DNA of 64,000 bases from Auanema rhodensis (Eukaryota; Animalia; Nematoda), in contig OZ059897.1 of the NCBI GenBank assembly GCA_964057225.1, forward strand, positions 8,742,001 to 8,806,000. The letters are read 5' to 3'. The notes under the pieces are model-generated. The model did not search any database. It saw nothing but the letters and a program-made list of their open reading frames with translations, and had not been told where the DNA came from. Every line of letters begins with the position of its first letter. Positions within the stretch are counted from its first letter, which is position 1. The position numbers and the translations under genes are program-made. Positions 55,993 to 64,000 of this stretch are shown one piece after another.

Positions 55993-58900
55993 TGGAGGAG
56001 ATCAAATGAGGTAGTTTAGTCTATATGTATTTTGTATTTTGTATATATATATATATACAATATACAATATATGTATATATGTATGATTATACAATATGAA
56101 ATTGATGTTTAACCCTGTACACAGTCAGTCTTAATATCGTCGGTTATGATGCAAGATTAGACAGCGATTGAGTTCGTTCCATACAAATGAAAGCCTCGGG
56201 TTATATCAAAAAGTCTGAATGAGAATCAGTAACAGAATGATAGATGTTTAGACGACAGTTGAATGAAAAAATTCATTGATGAATAATATCACAGATATGT
56301 ATATAATAAACTATTTGGGGAGAAAAAATCGAAAGCCGATTAAGAGAGTGAAAGAAATTGCAAAAGTGAATTGAAAGATTGCTTGAGATTAGCGTTAAGT
56401 TTCCTTTTATACAAGTACAAAAGGGGGAAGTTGATTGACTTCAGATAAGGTAAAAAATCATATGATTTTCAAATATTTCAATAAATTCAGTATTTCAGAG
56501 GAAAATGAGAAAAAAAAAACTGAACAAGTTGTTTAGTTAGATAGCTAGGATATGAAGATGCAACCGCTTCATGCTTTTGATATAATCAAAATGAGTTTCA
56601 ATACGTTTTGCACTTTACAGATATATCAATTACCATATGCTAATTCGAAAAAATACAGAATTATTTGAAAAATGAGTTTTATATAGAGAATTAATGCAAC
56701 TTCCGAATATGAATCAGTTGAATATGATGATAAAAAGTATTATTTATGCATTTTTTACTTTTAAAATTATGTATAAGGTTAACACGAAACACAAAAAAAG
56801 GAAATGAACTCATCGCTGTGCCATTCGTACATACTCTGAGGGGGGGGGGCAATTCAACTAGCCGGCAAAGAAAAGCTACGTCACTTACAAGGGTGGGGAT
56901 AACAAGAAGATAAGTTGAAAAAGCCAGGTTCTATCGTTTGCATATCTATCTTTTCTATTTTAATTTGTTTCATTCGTCTGTCACCAATGTATTCCTTTTT
57001 GCCATTGTGACAGTTCGTTCTCTCTGAGTTTCTTCTTCCCCCTTCACTCTCTCCCTCTCTCTTTCTCTCTCTCTTTCTCTCTTTTTCTCTCTATGTCCTG
57101 TGATATGAATAGATGTGATATACTTAACGAAAGAGATATAAATTTGTCTTCATTTCGGGTGCAATCTTTTCTTTCAGGCTTCAAAAAACGTGCTACCACT
57201 ACATCGACATAATCAGTATGATGCAATAATAGCTAAACTCTTCTACATACTTCACTCGGAAAATAATTTTTAAAAACAAATGAAAGATAAAAGAAATATG
57301 AAATTGGGTTTAAAATTTGAAAAATCTATTGATTAAGACCAGTTCGATTGTCTTATGTAGTTGATGCCGGTGACATCTTTGCGCTTTTCCAACGACATTG
57401 TCACTACATGACTACCTACTGATGCTTTCCTTGTTAAAAATGATATCATATGGTGCTTATTATGATCATCAAGATGGTAAGTGCACAAAGTTATAGTTAG
57501 ACATTAAAATAAAACAAAGTTAAAAACTAAATTGTAAAGGTTATTGGTGATAACATCCATTTTTTTCTCAAATGAATAGCCAGACAGTAAGCAAACTGTG
57601 GAAGCTCAAAGATTAATTAGTCGATGAACTACGTGCTCACCTACAACTAAAATCAGCTTTTCTAATGATATTTTATTATTTCACCGCTGTGAAATCGAAA
57701 TTAGATATAGAAAGAAAGAGAAGATAGGAGTAAGAAAGAGCTATGTGACTTTTCAAAATTCCGAGAGAACCGACAAAAACTTAGTGACAAACTATGCAAT
57801 TCTTGAGAGAGCCAGAGAGAGAGAGAGAGAAATAGAGAGAAATCGTGAACGAGGTATAAGTAGGAGGGAAGGACATGATAGGGTGGAGTTGTGAGACAGT
57901 AAGCAGAGTGGAGGAACCAAAAAAGTGGCAACCAAAGAGATAATTGTCCTGAAAAACACCACAGCACAGCAGACTAGTTGAAGTTGAGAAGTAAATTCAT
58001 GATTCGTGGTTTTTTCTGATTTCAATACACATATATGTATATATATATATTGAAATTTCAATTAAGATTATGAGCTTAGATTATTTTTTGAAAATTCATC
58101 TGATAATATATATTAGAAATAGAGGTTAGGACAAGTTTACAGTCAAAAGTTATAAGATATAAAAATGAAAAATTTATCAAGACACTCTAGAAAGATTTTG
58201 TTCTCTGATAAGCAATGATCGGAACCCGTCTACGGAAAAGAGACCTATTCGTATTCGACTGTTCCTTATATTTTCAAAGTTTTTTGGCCAATAAAGGCAA
58301 AGTATATGAAAATGTCAAAAAGTATGGAATATTTATATATTATAGTTATGAAAATATTTCAAAGTTTAGAGTTAATAAATGAAGTTTTTCTCTCAAGATA
58401 GATGGTATATTATCTTTCAGGAAGGTCAACCAAAGAAGACGATAAGACTCTTGACAATCAATGAAAGAACAAAGGTTCATAAGGTTTCTAAAAGAAAATT
58501 TGTGAAGCAAATATCGTCAAATATAAAGAAATGTAGATGAATCGGATGAATGATGCATACATTACTGAGAGTGAAGTGGGAAATACCCAAAATTGAAGTC
58601 TGTTCTCACCTTCATCAAAACGTTTTTCTTGGAATCATCTCTTAAAAGAAAACAAAACGCTAATTTCTTTGAGAATAAGAGCAACTAGTGAAGATGATGG
58701 CTGATGTCAACATATGAAAAAGCAGGAAAATCAGGAACAAAACTGGGAAAAGGAAATATAGAAAAAACCTCAAAAGACACTATGAAAATTATACAGATTG
58801 CGTGAGAAAAAGAGAGAGAGAGAGTAATATGGTAAAGAGGGAATGAAAGGAAAAACGAGAGAAGGAAATAAAGACGAAGGGAAATTTTGGTAAAAGGAGA

Positions 58901-59495
58901 GAGTGAGAGACAAGTATACATCGAATTATTCTATAAGAGCATGGCAGGCTCACATGTTGTTGTTTCGTTTTTTTTGTGGAATACTGATTGTCGTCACATC
59001 CGATTCTGTTTGACAATGGTTACAAAAATTTTTCTCTTTCATACTCATTGCGATGACAGCCACAAGGATGGATGATGACCGAACTGTCGGACAGAAGTAT
59101 CGTCAAGCAAGGTGGACAGGTCACGCTGAATTCAGCAGACATAATTTGAATGATATTTGCCACTTCCTACACAAGTTTATGGCAATTTTACTATATCATA
59201 TAATGTATAAAAATATTTTTTTTTCTATTTTTTTTTATAAATCTATAAATCTATATACATTTATATATTATATACTATATATATATATATATATATTCAT
59301 TTTTCCATGGAATATACAAGGCAGCATATGAAAGGAGGGTATGCAATTGCTAGACCTGAATTGCCTATCCCATGAACCACACCAAACAGTCAGTTTCTTT
59401 GAAATTATCATTTCTATCTAGCATCCCCCCCCTGCTGATATTTTTGATAAAATTCAAAGCTATAACTTGAATTTATCATGTCCTATATATCTTAC

Positions 59496-59552
59496 CTCTT
59501 CTTCTTTATCTGTAGACTTAAAATTCACAGAAATTTGCTTCATACTCTTCTC
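59496..59552 (-). CDS. Candidate 5' exon of SLC33A1 (EKSMKQISVNFKSTDKEEE)
   Basis: Consensus TTTCAG acceptor and GAG|GTAAGA donor, 57 nt, phase 0/0, with an internal ATG at 59543. Confidence 0.5.
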
Positions 59553-60103
59553 CTGAAATGAAACATGTAGCAAACTAGATTTATTGTTTTTTTTTCATTA
59601 AAAAGGGACATTAAGTGAAAACGAGAACAGTTCCTCTTACTCCTTTTTCTTCAAATATTTTATCATTTTCTTATTAATTCGAAAAAAATATTGGAAGAAA
59701 AAGGCAAAATAAGAGTAACATTTCATAGACAATATAGTTTTTATGAAGAAAAAAGCAACAAATATTCTAAAATTATGATTTAGAAGACTGCAGGTAGGGG
59801 GCTTTCTTGGAGAACATGACCCCATGTCAAACCATGTTTAACTAATCGAATCAGAATTAATCTCAGTTGTTTTCATTGAAGTTTACACTAGTAAATGGCT
59901 ATAAATGCGGAAGATTAGAGCATAAAAAATAAATAAATGATGAATGAGAACAAGGAAAGATGATTAAGAATCGTTATGAATTGGTGTTATATTCTTATTT
60001 TTTTTTGTCTCTTAAACCTTGTTTTAATGAATTTCCAATTAAAACCATTTAAAGTTATGTGGAAATAAACATTTTAATTTCATTTAAATGTATTAAAACA
60101 TAC

Positions 60104-60196
60104 CATATCTTGAACATCTTTACCGGCTGCTGGAGATTCGATGTCAAGTTGTTCAAACTTCTTCGGAGCTTCTTCATCTGGTTCTACCCGAGCCAT
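60104..60196 (-). CDS. Candidate distal first exon of SLC33A1 (MARVEPDEEAPKKFEQLDIESPAAGKDVQDM)
   Basis: TTTTGCAG acceptor 7 nt before the ATG (trans-splice-like), 31 codons, ATG|GTATGT donor, phase 0. Confidence 0.6.
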
Positions 60197-63100
60197 GCTC
60201 AAACTGCAAAAAAAAACAAATGAATACAAACTTATGTTGTCGAACAGAGTAAACATGTTAACGTAGTCAGCTTAACAAAAATAAAAACAATAATAACAGG
60301 AAGAGAAGAAGAGGGGAGAGCTGATGGAAGAATACAGTATGATATTGTTTTCTTTTAAACCTGAATTTAATTAAAATTTCATTTCAGTAGTTTCAGATAT
60401 ATTAACCCCCCCCCACATGATAGGTATCTTTAACTATCAACGGGGTCGGATGCTTCAGCTGTTTTCCGATCAAAGAGATCTTCGATGATTGAAGGTCACA
60501 ACAAGCTGTATGAAATGTATGATAGGTGAATTACATTGATAATCGAACGGTGTTCAAACGGTTTAAAGTAGACAAGAAGGAAAATTATACAGACGAGATA
60601 CGAATTCAGATATTCAGGATAATGATATATGGATCATGCTGGTTGATAATAAAGTTTCGGATGATTGATTGATCGTGATAATAATGTTTTGATGATAGAG
60701 TTTGAAACCTCAATTTGACCTTGCTATTACAAAAGAATTTAGAAAAGCTATAGCTTTACGACCTCGAAAATGAAAAGATATTAGTTGCAAGTGTTATCAT
60801 AAGTTAAACTCAGTTTACAAAGCTTTATGAAAACAAAAGAGTTGGAGATGAGAATTTAGAAAATTCGCTAAAAATTGGATTGAAGATTCGAGTGGTTGGG
60901 AACTAATTCGAAACAGTTGATCAGATGATTGAAAAAACATTAAATAGAGAGATTGATAGTAATTCAAATACGGAATTTTAATGAAAGTAATGAAAAAACA
61001 TAAATGTTTCATACCATTTCTACTCAGTAGACCTATTATTAGATTGAAAAAGCACGTGCAAATGAAAAAATAGTGTGAACGTACGATTCCGAAAATTGCG
61101 ATAAGATGATTGACATCATCTAACATTCAAGTAAAAGTTAAAATAGATTTCAGAGAGAAGAGAGGTGATGGGGGTATGGATGATGATGGTGAATATTTAA
61201 GGGCATAAGGTAGACTTAGACTTAATTAGTGAAAGTTGAAGATGATAATGATGGAGAGGGCGAATAGAGGAGAAGAGGGAAAATGCGAGAGAAAGAGGGA
61301 ATAAAAGAGAGAGACAGAGAATTCGGAAGGGTTGTTCTGATTAGATGATGGTGTTGTTAACGAGACTGCTTTGGGGCACGGACACCGAGACTTTTGACCT
61401 TGAAAGGAATTATGCTGCTTGATGTAGTTGTATGGAGTTAGGTAATGAGAAAGAGAGATAGAACATGCATATTTGAAATGATTAAGAGAGAAAGAGAGGA
61501 AACGTTAAAGAGAGAACAAAATGGAGGAAGGTAGAAAGTAAGTTGACCACCACCATGGTTCATATGGTTAAGGTGAGTCGGTACAAGATGATAGAAACAC
61601 TAGTAGAATTGGACAAGTTTCAAATGATCTTGTAGCAATTTTGATTTGATTATCAAACCGCAAAAAAAAACGATTTCTGAAGCATTCCATAGCATGTCTG
61701 AAGTCATGAATCCGTTCAAATAACTTTCTGACAGTAATGCTTATATGTAAGTGCAATCTAAGAAAGAATCAAGTTCAAAGTTTGTAATAATCAGTAGATG
61801 AAGCTGATGACACATAAAGCTATTGCTTAAATGAAATGATGCTTGAAAAGATATTAAAATTGAAAAAAATAATGTTTTAAAGTTATTTCTATAATTGAAT
61901 ACAATCTGATATGTTTTTCACTATCAATATCTCTGAACTAGAACATTACATTGAGATTTTGCTTCAATTGAGTTATGAAAAATTGCTGAAAGCAGGACGA
62001 ATTCTTTGAAATTTGAGAAAAAAATGACATGAATGTCGCTCATTTGCCAAATGTCAAAGAGCAATGTACAATGGCCATTTTAGAATAGATTTTATAGATG
62101 AGAAACACGTTTTTTTCTAAAATTCTCAACTCTATTATACAGAAGAACAAATCGTTTTTAGCTAAATTATAAGTGAATGATGACGATAAAGTCGTTTTAT
62201 TCCTTTTCTTCGTTTGTCCTAATCATCTGCTTCTGTATAAGTTAGCAAAGTAACTGATTTTACGCTTTTGTTTTGAAAACGATAAGCAAACAGGTGGTTA
62301 GGGGTTAGGGGGTGGGGAGACGGAAACACAGTATAGAGAGAGAAAGAGATGAGATGTTGGGTAGGAATGAAGCTAACGAAATGAGAAAAAAGATGAAAAC
62401 TAAGAAAGGTAGTTTTGATATTTACTTCTTAACTTATGTGCTTTTATATGTACTTTTATTTATGTTGGTAGTTCAAAGATAAAATGTTAAATATGGCTTG
62501 ATTGCACAAAGAGAGGGCAAAGAAGATGGTAAAGCAGACTCAAACACTTATCTATATAGTTAATATAAACTTTTAGATAGTATTTTGAACTTATTCCATC
62601 TAAACAAAAAATAAAAATAAAAGCTGCAATTTGTTTTACATCATATCAGCATTATCATAAAACTTGGCCAATTTGAGCAATAGCTCGTTAAAAGTGATGT
62701 TTTTGGATGAAATTTTCTAAAAATGTCATTCTGATCACTAAAGAACTTTAGGATTTTGCGCACAACGCCTGACGAGTACAACTACAATTGAACTTGAATA
62801 GGCGGATAAACAGCATGAGAATTTGTAAATTAGAAAGACGATAGAATACGGTATACGAGAATGAATTAGCAGGAGTGACAAGAGAGGTGATCGTAGGAAT
62901 TGTGAATGGCTAACTGAGAACCTGAAAACATCTGGGGTTGATAGAAGGGGGTGGCTAAAAGACAGGTTAATACTTAACCGGCCCTGATGTGCTCGTCTTC
63001 TTCTAGCTCCTAGTCGTTATTCCACACTCTCAACTGCTCACAACTTCTCTCATTCCTTACATCCAGCTTGCGCTCATCTAATCGCTCTTTTGGTCATTTT

Positions 63101-64000
63101 CATTGTATGGAAGACGATAAAGGATGTGTGTTGACGATTCAGCTTTTCTTCAACTTATTCCATTGCCGACCCATAGCAATTTCCAGCTAATTGAGCCGAA
63201 ATAGAAACAAAACAGAAAAGGCTCAGAGTTTTGCATCCTCTAACTCCATCTCACCTCAGTCTTCTATTTCGTCGTCTTTGCATCTCTCTACCTCTCTGAT
63301 AATCCGAATTGCGACTGGTCAGATGGTCATCATCAGAGTTCATACGGCCTCTCGTCTGAAAAAATTGAGAAGGATTGGAAAGATGCATCTAGGACTTAAT
63401 GTCCTAAAATTAGATGTTCTTACACAGATGCTCTCCTTTATTTCTCTAATTCTCTTTGTTTCTTTTGACAATTTCTTTCAAAGTCGCCCTAAAAACCATT
63501 CTGATCATCATGCATGTTCACAATTTCAACTTATTTTCATCGTGTTTACTTAACGAAAATGAAAAATTATAACAAAAAGATTTGTAAATAAATTATTTTT
63601 TCGTCATTATTCATCTGCAAAAAAAATGTTTTTTTTGCATTCAGTCACGAAACTAAACTTCAATAACTGATGATGATGAGAATCCAAATGAGATAATTAG
63701 TATTTTATCAATTAATTATATATAAATACATAGTTTAATTAAATAATTTTAATCATAAAAATACAAAACAAATTAAGCTATGTACATACAATAATTGATA
63801 AAATAATAATAATATAAACTATATTTTAAAAATAATAATTAATGAGCCCTTGATATTTCTTTTGACCAACTTGTTAAGTGGAATATTCTAACTGGATTTG
63901 ATCATAAAATGTTTTTAATTGGAAATGTTCTTCTTCTTCTTCTTCTTCTTCTTTAAGGAAATAAAAATGATCTGGTAAACAAACTAGTTCTTATGTATGA

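Noticed and set aside
62298-62315. TTAGGGGTTAGGGG telomere-like sequence
   Set aside because: Only two units and not the nematode TTAGGC repeat.
1-64000. CRISPR arrays, prokaryotic operons, transposase or reverse transcriptase ORFs
   Set aside because: The sequence is intron-rich eukaryotic DNA; no spacer-repeat arrays or mobile-element coding motifs were seen.

Overview
AT-rich eukaryotic DNA, almost certainly from a rhabditid nematode: many 40-60 bp GT-AG introns, TTTCAG-like acceptors, C. elegans-like proteins and abundant (GA)n/(TA)n microsatellites. Most entries in the ORF track are artefacts, so the genes were assembled by hand from phase-consistent exons. From left to right: the 5' part of an F-BAR RhoGAP (spv-1/ARHGAP29-45 family, minus strand, continuing past the window start); a probable two-gene operon of ECH1-like dienoyl-CoA isomerase then dhs-6/HSDL2 (minus); a secreted animal heme peroxidase (plus); a tandem pair of C/D snoRNA-like RNAs (minus); a small neuropeptide-like precursor; tRNA-Gln(TTG); a small secreted 6-Cys protein; and the acetyl-CoA transporter SLC33A1/AT-1 (minus). 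SLC33A1 has a ground-like gene nested antisense in one intron and up to six phase-0 alternative 5' coding exons over about 6.5 kb. A recurrent ACGTGAA(W)TTCACGT palindromic motif is also present. All homology calls come from recognised motifs, not from database searches.
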